From NCBI RefSeq assembly GCF_001194135.2, contig NC_068982.1:94546741-94593409 (forward strand): a stretch of 46,669 nucleotides of DNA, given 5' to 3'. Shown here piece by piece: positions 34,993 through 46,669 of the stretch. How positions within the stretch are numbered: the first letter of the stretch is position 1; each line of letters starts with the position of its first letter. The notes under the pieces are model-generated. The model saw only the letters and a list, made by a program, of their open reading frames with translations. It searched no databases and was not told the DNA's origin. The stretch is from Octopus bimaculoides. Taxonomy: Eukaryota. The translations under genes were made by a program, and so were the position numbers.

Positions 34993-35165
34993 AGGTGTAG
35001 CTGCTGGCATGGTTGTGTGGTTACGAAACTTGCTTTGCAACCACATAGTTTTGGGTTCAATCACCATGCGCTGTACTTCGTGAAATGTATTCTGTTATAG
35101 CACCGAACTGACAACTGACTAATTCCCTTGTTAGAGACTTTGGTAGGTGGAAACGGTATGGAACT
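34993..35165 (+). mobile_element. tRNA-derived SINE family B, degenerate
   Basis: ggcatggttgtgtggttacgaaacttgctttgcaaccacatagttttgggttcaatcacc aligns with the head of 16923-17079. Confidence 0.7.
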
Positions 35166-35214
35166 AAACACACACACACACACGCGCACACAGATGATCA
35201 CACACGCACATATA

Positions 35215-35250
<36 letters not shown>

Positions 35251-35874
35251 CTATTTATATAAAATGTATTTTCCTACAGGAAAATACATTTTCAAAGAAA
35301 AATGTTTATCTCCACTTAAATATTCTTTTTATGATGAGGCATATGGAATAAAACGTCCTGGGTGATATTTATATATTCGTCTGGGAAATCATCAACCAAT
35401 TATCTGGATAAATTTTAATAACATGGAGTATTGGTGATAAAGCCAGTGCATTCTTCGATACATCAGTTATTAATGCAACCAGGAAATATCACTTTCCTTG
35501 GATATCAGAAATATAATCTAATTCTCAACATTAGAGGGGTTTCCTTCTGGATAGCTTCTAGACGTCAGAAAGTTCAAAGCAAAATGAATGACTCAAATCC
35601 ATAACCACTAAATCAAACGAGCATCGCGACGCTGTTGTCGTCAGATGATGATAGGTACGAAAGCAGTCTAGCCTGGCTAAATATTTACACTGCCAGATAT
35701 CTGATCTCATGACCCATCTGGGATAATATGAAGTGACTACCTAACACAACGCGATACTACTACTACTTTACTTGCGTTAAACAACGAATATGGTTAGGCT
35801 GAATACATGTGTCTGTAAGTGTATATAAATGTATATTTACATCAGCAAACGTGCATACGTACATGCGCGAGTGT

Positions 35875-35915
<41 letters not shown>

Positions 35916-36048
35916 TGTGTTTCTGTGTGTTTGTTCTCTAGAGCAAATATACATGAATACAAATTTAAGATTGCATATTTTCACACAATTTTATCAAGAA
36001 ACTATTTATTGAATATGCCTCTAACGACTTTTTCACTCTATGTCTGTC

Positions 36049-36961
36049 NNNNNNNNNNNNNNNNNNNNNNNNNNNNNNNNNNNNNNNNNNNNNNNNNNNN
36101 NNNNNNNNNNNNNNNNNNNNNNNNNNNNNNNNNNNNNNNNNNNNNNNNNNNNNNNNNNNNNNNNNNNNNNNNNNNNNNNNNNNNNNNNNNNNNNNNNNNN
36201 NNNNNNNNNNNNNNNNNNNNNNNNNNNNNNNNNNNNNNNNNNNNNNNNNNNNNNNNNNNNNNNNNNNNNNNNNNNNNNNNNNNNNNNNNNNNNNNNNNNN
36301 NNNNNNNNNNNNNNNNNNNNNNNNNNNNNNNNNNNNNNNNNNNNNNNNNNNNNNNNNNNNNNNNNNNNNNNNNNNNNNNNNNNNNNNNNNNNNNNNNNNN
36401 NNNNNNNNNNNNNNNNNNNNNNNNNNNNNNNNNNNNNNNNNNNNNNNNNNNNNNNNNNNNNNNNNNNNNNNNNNNNNNNNNNNNNNNNNNNNNNNNNNNN
36501 NNNNNNNNNNNNNNNNNNNNNNNNNNNNNNNNNNNNNNNNNNNNNNNNNNNNNNNNNNNNNNNNNNNNNNNNNNNNNNNNNNNNNNNNNNNNNNNNNNNN
36601 NNNNNNNNNNNNNNNNNNNNNNNNNNNNNNNNNNNNNNNNNNNNNNNNNNNNNNNNNNNNNNNNNNNNNNNNNNNNNNNNNNNNNNNNNNNNNNNNNNNN
36701 NNNNNNNNNNNNNNNNNNNNNNNNNNNNNNNNNNNNNNNNNNNNNNNNNNNNNNNNNNNNNNNNNNNNNNNNNNNNNNNNNNNNNNNNNNNNNNNNNNNN
36801 NNNNNNNNNNNNNNNNNNNNNNNNNNNNNNNNNNNNNNNNNNNNNNNNNNNNNNNNNNNNNNNNNNNNNNNNNNNNNNNNNNNNNNNNNNNNNNNNNNNN
36901 NNNNNNNNNNNNNNNNNNNNNNNNNNNNNNNNNNNNNNNNNNNNNNNNNNNNNNNNNNNNN
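36049..36961. other. Assembly gap (N)
   Basis: N run. Confidence 1.
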
Positions 36962-36993
<32 letters not shown>

Positions 36994-36994
36994 T

Positions 36995-37215
<221 letters not shown>

Positions 37216-37810
37216 TATGTGGAAATAGCGGACAGTCTTTAAGTAAACAAGATAGCCGCTGTGTAGTTGATGTATTTGTAATGCATAAGGATAGCAGGAG
37301 ATAAAAACAAAATCCTAATGTTAAGATACACATAATGCTATGACTCTGGATACGCAAATGATATAGCAGTAGGGAGAAAATTCATTCAATGTATTTATAC
37401 AGAGAGGCGTAATAAACAAGCAAAATTGATACGAGGCACAAGGAATGGAAACCCCAGTGATATCACTAATCTCAAATGTTCATGTTATAAACAAGGCTAT
37501 CTTATCAATGGATGGTATTTCTAACCATTCAAGGGTGCTTGAAACATATTCAGTTATTATAATTCCTGTACCACTGAATGGACATATGTCTGCTAGTGTA
37601 TTAAATGTAATAAATGTTGTCTTTCAACTGTGGTCTGAAGTGAGAAATGTTTGTACAACAAGACCAAATGTCATGATGCTGCATTGCATTAACTAAAATG
37701 CCATTTTATGATAGCTATAGAAGAAGCTGCAGTTCGAAATCATTTTTGCATTGAGAAAGAAAGGTCACATTCATTATTGGACAGACTGCATTTTATATCT
37801 ATGTATTTTC

Positions 37811-37842
<32 letters not shown>

Positions 37843-38092
37843 TTTTCGATATGTATGTATGTATATATGTATGTATACGTGTGTGAGTATATGTGTGTGT
37901 GTGTGTGTTTGTGTGTGTGTGCACGAGTACATGTGGGTATCTGCGTGTATATCTGCATACACGCATACACATGCGCACAAGAAAAACTATGGTCATGCTC
38001 TCAAAATATTAAAACTGAGGCATTGAGTGTGAACATGGTTTAATGAAACAAGTTTATATTCACTATCATATGTGTGTGTGCTTGCGTGTACA

Positions 38093-38184
<92 letters not shown>

Positions 38185-38393
38185 NNNNNNNNNNNNNNNN
38201 NNNNNNNNNNNNNNNNNNNNNNNNNNNNNNNNNNNNNNNNNNNNNNNNNNNNNNNNNNNNNNNNNNNNNNNNNNNNNNNNNNNNNNNNNNNNNNNNNNNN
38301 NNNNNNNNNNNNNNNNNNNNNNNNNNNNNNNNNNNNNNNNNNNNNNNNNNNNNNNNNNNNNNNNNNNNNNNNNNNNNNNNNNNNNNNNNNNNN
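38185..38393. other. Assembly gap (N)
   Basis: N run after (CA)n(TA)n. Confidence 1.
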
Positions 38394-38662
38394 TATAAAA
38401 TTAAAATACCGTAATAATAAACGCTAAACCCAGACTACATTTTAATTTTATCACAACTGATATACTATTCTATACACACACGGACACTCACAAACACAAA
38501 TATATATAAATGTATATATAGATGTAACTGCATCAAGGTTTCATATCAATAAAATTTGGACTGGCGTGAGAGGGCAGCGCCAATCGGACCTGCTAAGAAG
38601 GCAGGGAATCGATATTAAACAAAGTCAGTGACTGTCGCAGCCTGCATCTTCCTGAAAGACCA

Positions 38663-38840
38663 GGCAAAATACTTATCGGCATTTCAACGCTCTGAGTTCA
38701 AATTCCGCCGAGGTCGACTTTGCTTTTCATCTTTTCGGGTCAATAAAATAAATATCAGTCAAGTATTGGGTCGATGTAATTGACTTCCCTCTCCCCTCAA
38801 AACACTTTTGGAACTCTGCTCAAATTTGAAACTGTTATTA
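38663..38840 (+). mobile_element. SINE family A
   Basis: cgctctgagttcaaattccgccgaggtcgactttgcttttcatcttttcgggtcaataaaat matches 45860-45930. Confidence 0.8.
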
Positions 38841-38859
38841 TCATCTACGTAAGTGGATG

Positions 38860-39790
38860 TTAATTTAGCACGTATTTTATCTTGATGTTTGCAGGTAAGA
38901 AATATTCTCAAATCTCAAGAATCTTGGAATAATTGCAGAATATTGGATGGTACTTTCCTGCAGTTCGACAATGTGAGCTTCAATTCCAATCTCTTTCAAT
39001 CTTTTAGGCAGCATTTTGGGTATTGTGCCAAGTGCATCAATTACTACAGGAATAATTGTTGTCTTCGTCTTCTACAATCTCCTCGGCTATCTTGCTAGAT
39101 CCTGATATTTCTCAACTTTTTCAATTTCTTTGGTATTGACTTTGCTATCATAGAGGATGGTAAAATGTAATCTTACACTGTTTGTTTATTTTGTCCTTTG
39201 TAATTATGTTTGGTTTCCTTACCTCAGTAGTACGGTCAGTTTTTGTGGAGGAATCCAACAAGCTCCTGTTATTCTCACTTTCTCTCACAGCATCTGATTT
39301 GTGTTCATACCACTTTTCTATTATTTTAAAGCCACGCTCTCGGCTAACATCCCAATGCACTCAGTCACGTCTAGGTTTATACTTCTTTTGTGCATTTTAG
39401 TGCACTTATTCAAAATGTGGTTGATACACTCGCCTCCTTTCTTGCAAATGCTATAAGCGTTGTCTGACTGAGTTTTTTCGATCTTTACCTACATAAGATT
39501 TGTTCAACAGCCTTTTTCTTGAGCAGCCATATCAAAATTCTGCTTCGCGTTTCAATTTCTCGTACGTCAACATTTTCGGTTTGTAGCATGGATTGTCCAT
39601 GCAATTCCATTTCTTTCTATTTGTTTATTCTGCTGTTCTTCCTTTTCTCTTTGAATTCTCCTAATGTTTCGGTCACTTTTTGGGCATCTCTTTGCTGCTG
39701 AAAGTATTCTTTCTTTACTCTGCACAACAATTTTTCAGACCCAGTATCATAGTACCCACAGTGTCTTACTCGGTTAATGATCGTCTGCTA
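38860..39790 (-). mobile_element. R4/Dong-like RLE LINE, 3' fragment, decayed
   Basis: Remnant CCHC region (ICKKGGECINHILNKC), VHWDVSR..GF..IEKWYEHK, TDRTTEVRKPNII.KDK (RLE), KEIEKVEKYQDL, IIPVVIDALGTIPK. Confidence 0.8.
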
Positions 39791-39879
39791 CCTTCTCTTC
39801 TTAGTACATAGAGTCGGTTGGTATTAATTTTAGGATGGAGTACATTGTGACTTGTTAGCAATTTTCTACTTATATTTTA

Positions 39880-40005
39880 TTGAGTGAGAGAGCAGCACAT
39901 GCTATCAAAGTGACACTGAGTACAATTATACGAGACCCAATTTACCCACTGTGACTACCCCTCTGATAAGGGTACAGAACCATATGTGCACCACACACCT
40001 ATCTG
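39880..40005. repeat. Probable dispersed repeat fragment
   Basis: gtgagagagcagcacatgctatcaaagtgacactg...gactacccctctgataagggtac resembles a common octopus SINE tail (recollection only). Confidence 0.4.
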
Positions 40006-40019
40006 ATATCTTAGGAATT

Positions 40020-40195
40020 ACACTTATCAGCATTTCGTCCGTCTTTACATTCTGCGCTGAGGTTGACTCTGCCTTTTATCCTCTCGGGGTCGATACATTA
40101 AGTACCAGTCATATATTGGAATTGATGCGATCGACGTACCCCACCCCACAAATTTGAGGCTTTGTGTCTATTATAGAAGGGATTATAATTATTAT
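40020..40195 (+). mobile_element. SINE family A with (ATT)n tail
   Basis: gcatttcgtccgtctttacattctg...gaggttgactctgccttttatcctctcggggtcgatacattaagtaccagt. Confidence 0.75.
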
Positions 40196-40874
40196 TATCA
40201 TTATTGTTGTTGTTGTTTGGGTTGTAGTTATTATTATTTAAAAAACGTTTCCTCCAAGTTTTGTGGGTAGAGTATATCTGTAAAATATGCGTCAGGAATA
40301 GAAATATATTCCTCTCCTTTCTATTTATGTCTCCTTCCTATTTTATGTGTAAGGCATGAGATGTGATCTCCAGCCTCCTTTCAGATTGTCATCATTTCCT
40401 TCGGGTACCGTTTTCATTTTTTATTTATGCTGGTACTGGGTTTTTCACATGCACTATTTTTTTGTACTTTTTGCGCAACAAATTCAAAATGTTTCCAAAC
40501 TCATAAATATGACCTAATTGAATCATTTTATAATTTGAAATATTTGTCATTTTTAGTGTAATGGTAGGGAAAGATCAGTCTTGTGTTAATATGGACTGTT
40601 TCGACGATCACGTGTACAAATAGTATGAGAACGACGAATAATTCACACATTTATAATGCATTAATTATATGTGACAATGACCTGTAAAGCTAACAGAGTA
40701 AATACTTATACAGATATATTTCAGCCAATTTTTCCGATTTGGTTGGCCAATTTTTCTATTCGCTGTTATTGGATAGTTTCTGGAGCAATTAATTTCTTTT
40801 CTGCCAAGTTAGATTCTTTTATTATTTGCAATAATATTTATTTCATCTGGTTTTTTATAGCCTGTTGAATGAAA

Positions 40875-41040
40875 TTTGGTCTTAAATCTTTTCTAGGTTG
40901 ATAAAATAAAGTACTGGATTCGGTTAAGTACTGGGTTCGATCGTATCCATAAACCATCTCCCTTCAAAATTGCTTGCCTTCTACCTATATTAGAAATGAT
41001 GATGATGATGCTGATGATGCTGATGATGATGATGATGATG
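40875..41040 (+). mobile_element. SINE family A 3' fragment with (GAT)n tail
   Basis: ggttgataaaataaagtactgg...gtactgggttcgat...cccttcaaaattgc followed by (GAT)n. Confidence 0.5.
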
Positions 41041-41044
41041 ATCT

Positions 41045-41275
41045 TTTCTACTATCTAATAATCCTCTCTACTATAGGCACAAGTCCTGACATTTTTGTGG
41101 GGAGAAGTGACGAGCCAGTCGATTACATCAATTCCATTGCTCAAATGGTGCTCAGTTTATCGACCCCGAAAAGATGAAAGGCAAAGACAACCTGGGCGGC
41201 ATTTAGACTCAGAGCATAAAGACGGAATAAATGCTGCAAAACATTTGTCCAGTGCAGTAACAATCATGCCAACTC
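41045..41275 (-). mobile_element. SINE family A
   Basis: gcatttattccgtctttatgctctgagtctaaatgccgcccaggttgtctttgcctttcatcttttcggggtcgataaactgagcacc on the - strand. Confidence 0.75.
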
Positions 41276-41299
41276 TTTGACTTAAAATAATAATGGTAA

Positions 41300-41470
41300 T
41301 TCTTTCTAATTTTAGCACAGGGCCAACATTTATTAGGGCAGGGGATGCAGTAGATTACGTTGACACCAGTACTTGACTGGTACTTGATTTTATAGATCTC
41401 GAAAGGATGAAAGGCAAAGTCGACATCGATGGTATTTGAATTTTAAATGTAAAGAGCAGGAAAAAATGCT
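41300..41470 (-). mobile_element. SINE family A
   Basis: gtcgactttgcctttcatcctttcgagatctataaaatcaagtaccagtcaagtactggtgtcaacg on the - strand. Confidence 0.75.
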
Positions 41471-41859
41471 ATTAAATTACTAAATATTTTACTGATGCAC
41501 TATTTTACCCATGCGCTATCAGTTATGCTATCTCATCAATCTGGCGGAGTTAATGCTGTTGCACGAGAAAGAAATCCTCTTTAGCCTTGGTTGGTAATCC
41601 TCAATAAATTCTCCGGCGGTTTTATCACCTTAAAACTAACCTCATCATGAGTGGAATTATCAAATAATAAGATTACAGGTATCATAGAAACTAAAATTAA
41701 GATTATAGGGTTGAAGCTGTCAAAGGCAACAGACGGGTGATGGAAGAGTATTTCCTTGTCGCTCTTCATCCTAATGCTATACAAGAATGAACTAGTTTTG
41801 CTAATGGTTAAATATTAAACAATTGTTCTAGCTCAGAATTTTAACTCGCAAATGCGAGA

Positions 41860-44480
41860 GAAACCAAGTTAAAACCACCTGGATGACATATCCGATCAAG
41901 CTAGTAATAAAATGAGCAAACCGAAAATGAGAGATTATATGAGAAAAAATATTAAAAATTTGGAACGAAACGGGCGTTTTTCCAATGACAGAATAGAAAC
42001 TGTGATAATGTTTATTTTTCGAGCCTGGGGTTAGGAGAAACTAAACAAAAAGTAGAAAAATAACGTGGTTCTACGGTGAAAACGAAGGTAATTAAATTGA
42101 AGCATGTTCTTAAGTTACTCCAGTACAGAAATCGCTGAGTTGGAGAGAAGGAAAATTAAGTTCAAAACGTGGCAAGACTTTCAAAGTGTCAAGATCGAAT
42201 TAATGAACAAGATATGCGACCAACGTGAACGAAATAAAAATAATAATGACAAGCTCACTATCCTTAGGGTTATAGAAACACGATAAAAAATAGACGAAGG
42301 GAATTGGCAATACGATAGGATATGTGTCTTTCACCTTTTTATTGGCAGTAAATTATCTATGCAAGATTCTTGCAGTAGTCAAAAAAGAAGTTGGCTACCA
42401 TGCAAATAAACTGAGAACGGGCAGACAAATACCTTGAAGAAAAAAAAAAAAACGGATGGAAGGCATCAAGAATTTCAGACCTGAGATGAGTTAACTACTG
42501 ATCATTGAAGAAGGAGCAATAAAGAAAGCGTTGTTCAAACCCTGGAAAAAATACTATGAAATAAGGAAACGAGGAGAATAAATATCTTAATAGAAATGAA
42601 ATGAAAAGTGACATAGAGTAGACCAGTTTAGGCAAAAAAGGTTGGAAAATAATCTAAGAGATTTTTGAAAAATTACAGCAAGTAAAGAGACATATTGATG
42701 AAACGCTAGAGGAAGAGAAAACTAGAAATTTTGGAATGATAAAAGAAGAAAACTTTCCACAACGAGGAGGTGGGATGGATAAAAGGAGTAGATAAACTAA
42801 GAAGAGTAAAACAACGGATCGATATAATAATCTCTTCAGGTCTCATTGCAAAACTATGTGCTTAATGTGAAGTCTTCCAGGTTGTCGGACTACACGATTT
42901 CTAAATGAAAAACATTAATATATACAGACTCATTAAATTATGAAATGAAGTTTTCTGAGTGAGAGTATCTCAAATTGGATGGATGAAGCTAAAACAACCA
43001 TTATAATGAAAGACAAGTAGAGAGGTTCTGAGGTCTTAAACCTCATATCGATAACTTATTTACTACTACCATGGAACTGCTAGCAACTATTTCGCAAAGA
43101 AGATTTACTCACATTTAGCGGAACACAGCGCTTTGATGCCCTAACGAACAGAAAAGATGCCAACTATTAATCAACAAGCTGACTATAAGAAACTGTAACA
43201 AAAGACAGAATGGTTTAGCACTTGGGCGGATCGACTCAAAAAACATATATGACATGGGCATACGCGGACTTGTATGTCTAAAGATACTCAAAATGCTCAA
43301 AATTGTAAATAATATCAGTGAACTGATACAAGCAAACAAGGAAAATGGAAAATGGAAAATGGAAATAACAGCTGGTTAACACCCACTAGGAAGTCAAAAT
43401 AGATTACAATGTCTTCGAAGGTGGCTGCGTATCATCTCTGTTCTTTGTTGTTACATAAGAAAACTTAAAACCAGATATAGCACTGGAAGAGTCTAGGGAT
43501 AGTTAACCATTTACTCGCCATAGATAACCTAAAGCTATACAGTAAGACTGGGAGAGAAATGTTGATCTATATACATACTGTGAGACTGTTTAGCAATGCT
43601 ATCAAAATGGAATTTATGGAACTTTGTGATGAAGGAATGAAAATACCATAAAAGCGATGGATTGAATTCGCTGAATGAGAAAATACAAGATATTAATATA
43701 GATGATAAATATAGATATCTGGTAGTCTTGCAAGCAGATGGTATAAAGGTTAGGAGAATGAATGATAATGTCAGGAAGGAATATTCCAAAAGAATACGTA
43801 GGATACTAAAATCTAACTTAAAGACATCATCTCTACCATAAACACTAGAGCTGTATCCATTACCAGGTACAGCGTCAGAATACGCAAATGGACAACAGTA
43901 GACTTTGAGTAATTAGATAGAAAACAGTAATTACTGGCAAACTTCAAAGCATTACAACCACAGGCAAATGTCGAAAAATTGTATTTCAATAGAGAGGATA
44001 AAAGAAAACTATTGATGAGATGAGAAAAATGTGTGATAGTAGAAGTAGAAAAATTAAGGAATTACGTTGCTGAGAACGAAAATGCACCTTTGAATGCTCT
44101 AAGAAGTGAGGATAAATTAGCTGAAGAAATAGAAAAGGAACCAACCTTACGAAGAGAAAGGCTTATGTGGAAACGTTTTCAAAATACTGAAGGATATCGT
44201 GATCAGAAGTCATTTCAATGGTTAAAGAAGGGAATGTTAAAGAGAGCTTGGTTCTAGTTGCGTAGAACGAAACAATCAGAACAAGATTCACCAGGAATAA
44301 CGTAGATAACGCAAGCGTCGTGGCTGAATGAAGTATGTGTGATGAAAAAGAAGACACTATTATGTACAATCTCTGAATGCAAAATAGATGCTCAGCTGAA
44401 CTATAAGAACTTGAATATGATATGGTTAAAACAATCTTAAATTGAAACATTTGCAAAAAAGATGGTTTTCAACATATGGT
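41860..44480 (+). mobile_element. R4/Dong-like LINE, heavily decayed, 3' truncated
   Basis: RT remnants NEQKRC..QLLINKLTIRNCNKRQNGLALGRIDSKNIYD, NHLLAIDNLKLYSK, YLVVLQADGIK...KEYSKRIRRILKSNL, FQWLKKGMLKR, and a decayed CCHC near 44330-44420. Confidence 0.75.
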
Positions 44481-44785
44481 GTAATCGTTAAACTTAACAA
44501 ATTCTTCAAAAGCACAGTTGACTGAGTGTGGCATTTTGAGATAATTTTCCTACCTCAGCAGTAATGCCGTTTGCTTGGACTGCAAACAGTACAAGATAGG
44601 TGCTACACAATTAAGGTTGTGGTATACAGCTTAATATCTTAGTCACGAGTTTTACCATCATGCACAAGATAAACACGATATTATAAATACACCTCATTAT
44701 ACGGTGCTAATGCAGGTGACTGAATCACCTTGCATATGAGAGTGAGGATCAATCAAGAAAAGTTTGAATCGGTTACACAAATGTA

Positions 44786-45740
44786 TCAGGTCATCCCATA
44801 AATTCTGTCCGAATTTTGAATGAAGAAAACAAGTGATCAAATGTTATATTTAATCATCAATGTACTTTCCCGGATTATCTATGAGTTCCTTCCATCTATA
44901 TACAAGCTTTTTAATCCCATTAATGTAAAACTCTTTTGGTTTCAAAGCGAAGAGCTCTGAAATGTCAATTTCGACCTCCTCCTGGCTTGCGAAAGTTATA
45001 TCCCCCAAATGATTCTGTAAACTACAAAACAAATGGTAGTCTGAAGGAGCAAGGTCAGGAGAATAAGGTGGATAAGGAATTTTTCCCAACCAAGCTCTTC
45101 GATCTTCTGTGATGTGATCTTTGCAGTGTGGGGTCGCGCACTGTCCTGATGAAACATCACTCCTTTTCGATTCACTAAAGCGGGTCCTTTTTTCTTCAAA
45201 GCTTGGTTCAAGCGCTCTAATTACTGACAGTAGACTTTAGCATTGATTGTTGCATTAGGTGGTAACAATTGAAAGTGAATTACTCCTTTGCTATCCCACC
45301 AGATATAGAGAAGAACATTTTTTCCATGAAGTTCCCTTCTCAGTTGTGGTTCAGGTTTTTCCCTTTTACCAAGCCACTGTTTACGACGTTTAACAATTCG
45401 ATAGAAGATCCATTTTTAGTCACCAGTCACAAGTCTATCCAAAAAGGGTGAAATGAGTTCGCGAGAATGGAGAGAAGAGCAGATGATGTCAACTCGGGAT
45501 TTGCGGTTGATTTTGGACAATTCATGAGGTACCAATTTTCTAAGTTTATGAACCTTTCCAAGTTGTTAAAGATGACGATGAACAGTTGTATGGTATGAAC
45601 TAAGCTTTATTGCCAAAACTTCAACTGATAACGCAGGATTTTCTTCAAGTAATGCCTCAAAGAACTTATCATCAAACTCAACTGGACGTCCTGTTCGATC
45701 TTCATCTTCAAGGCTGAAATCTCCACTTCTGAATTTTAAC
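44786..45740 (-). mobile_element. mariner transposon, 5' truncated, pseudogenised transposase
   Basis: FRSGDFSLEDEDRTGRP, LVPHEL (WVPHEL motif), VNRKGVMFHQDSARPH, PYSPDLAPSDYHLF and GIKKLVYRWKELIDNPGKYIDD. One TIR TCAGGTCATCCCATAAATTCTGTCCG with an adjacent TA at 44784-44785; the other TIR is missing. Confidence 0.9.
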
Positions 45741-45798
45741 AATGTTGAAATGAGTTAAACATTAAAAGAAATATTTAGTAATGGAAATATCTAGTAAA

Positions 45799-45930
45799 GG
45801 CGGCGAGCTGGCAGAAACGTTAGCAGGCCGGGCGAAATGCTTAGCGGTATTTCGTCTGCCGTTACGTTCTGAGATCAAATTCCGCCGAGGTCGAGTTTGC
45901 CTTTCATCCTTTTGGGATCGATAAATTAAA
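45799..45930 (+). mobile_element. tRNA-derived SINE family A, well preserved, 3' truncated
   Basis: GGCGGCGAGCTGGCAGAAACGTTAGC (A-box-like) ... GAGATCAAATTCC (B-box-like) ... GAGGTCGAGTTTGCCTTTCATCCTTTTGGGATCGATAAATTAA. Confidence 0.85.
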
Positions 45931-45934
45931 ATCA

Positions 45935-46669
45935 ATTTGGAGTCGAAATCCAGCAGCTTCTATGGCTTACCTAAAATGCACAAGTCAGAAGAAATACAAA
46001 ATGCTATAAAATAAAACAAGGTAGTGAATACATAAAACTACTACAACCAAAAGACCTTAAACTAAGACTCTTTATAGCTGGTCCAGCCTGTCCTACACAT
46101 CGTCTGAGAAACCTCATTGACATTATTCTAAAACCACTATGTAGTCACATACCCAGTTTCATTCGGGATGACATTGATTTGCTGTCACACCTGCCCAAAA
46201 CAACAGAATCCACTTCACTGTTAGTTTTGATGTAACAAACTTAGAAACGAACATTCCACATGATTTGGGAATTACTGTCATAAAATATTGGATCGAGAAA
46301 CATAGAGAAGCGATCCCCAGTAGATTTACTGTAATCTTCATATTAGACGCGGTCAGCCTCATCTTCGAAAACAATACATTCTTTTTCAACGGAAAAAAAA
46401 CTACTTCCAAATTCGAAGTTCAGCTATGGGTTTGCTCCAGTTTTCGCGAACTCAGTATTAGGATACTTGGAACAAAACCTATATCAAAAAATTGAAGAAA
46501 ACTACGACATGACCTTTAGAAGGCATATAGAGGACACATGGAAAAGATACCTCGATGATTGTTTCCTAATTTGGACCAAATCCATAGAAAATCTGGAAGA
46601 ATTCACCACCCTCCTCAACAATCTACACCCTGGTCTCAAATTCACAAGAGAAATGAGCAAAACACAATT
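45935..46669 (+). mobile_element. Penelope-like element reverse transcriptase, decayed, runs off the window
   Basis: FYGLPKMHK, LIAGPACPTHRL, DVTNL.TNIPHDLG, NNTFFFNGK, WKRYLDDCFLIW, LNNLHPGLKFT. Frameshifts and stops are present. Confidence 0.85.

Noticed and set aside
41581-41784. ORF with a TM-like segment and an antisense LRR-like ELSNNKITGI
   Set aside because: Short motifs bounded by stops; within chance expectation.

Overview
AT-rich, repeat-dense animal genomic DNA with six N-gaps, each bordered on at least one side by a simple repeat. The SINE families and microsatellite load look like an Octopus short-read assembly (inference, not verified). No intact gene can be identified. Decayed transposable elements dominate: a near full-length HERO-like (RLE-type) non-LTR retrotransposon (3740-7345, -), a Ty3/gypsy-type LTR element with only its 5' LTR (18170-21957, -), two R4/Dong-like LINE relics (38860-39790 -, 41860-44480 +), a 5'-truncated mariner (44786-45740, -), an internally deleted mariner (32894-33114), an internally deleted RTE-like derivative (33176-33540, -), a Penelope-like RT running off the right edge (45935-46669, +), and many tRNA-derived SINEs of three families. 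Most long ORFs in the track are microsatellite or N-gap artefacts. The most interesting signal is structured RNA at both ends of the HERO-like element. The 5' end has a degenerate twister-ribozyme-like motif plus a competing 11-bp inverted repeat. The 3' end has a permuted hammerhead-core (GAAAC...CUGAUGA) structure. Several degenerate type I hammerhead-like relics lie elsewhere, and scattered splice-flanked open frames may be exons of an unidentified host gene (low confidence).
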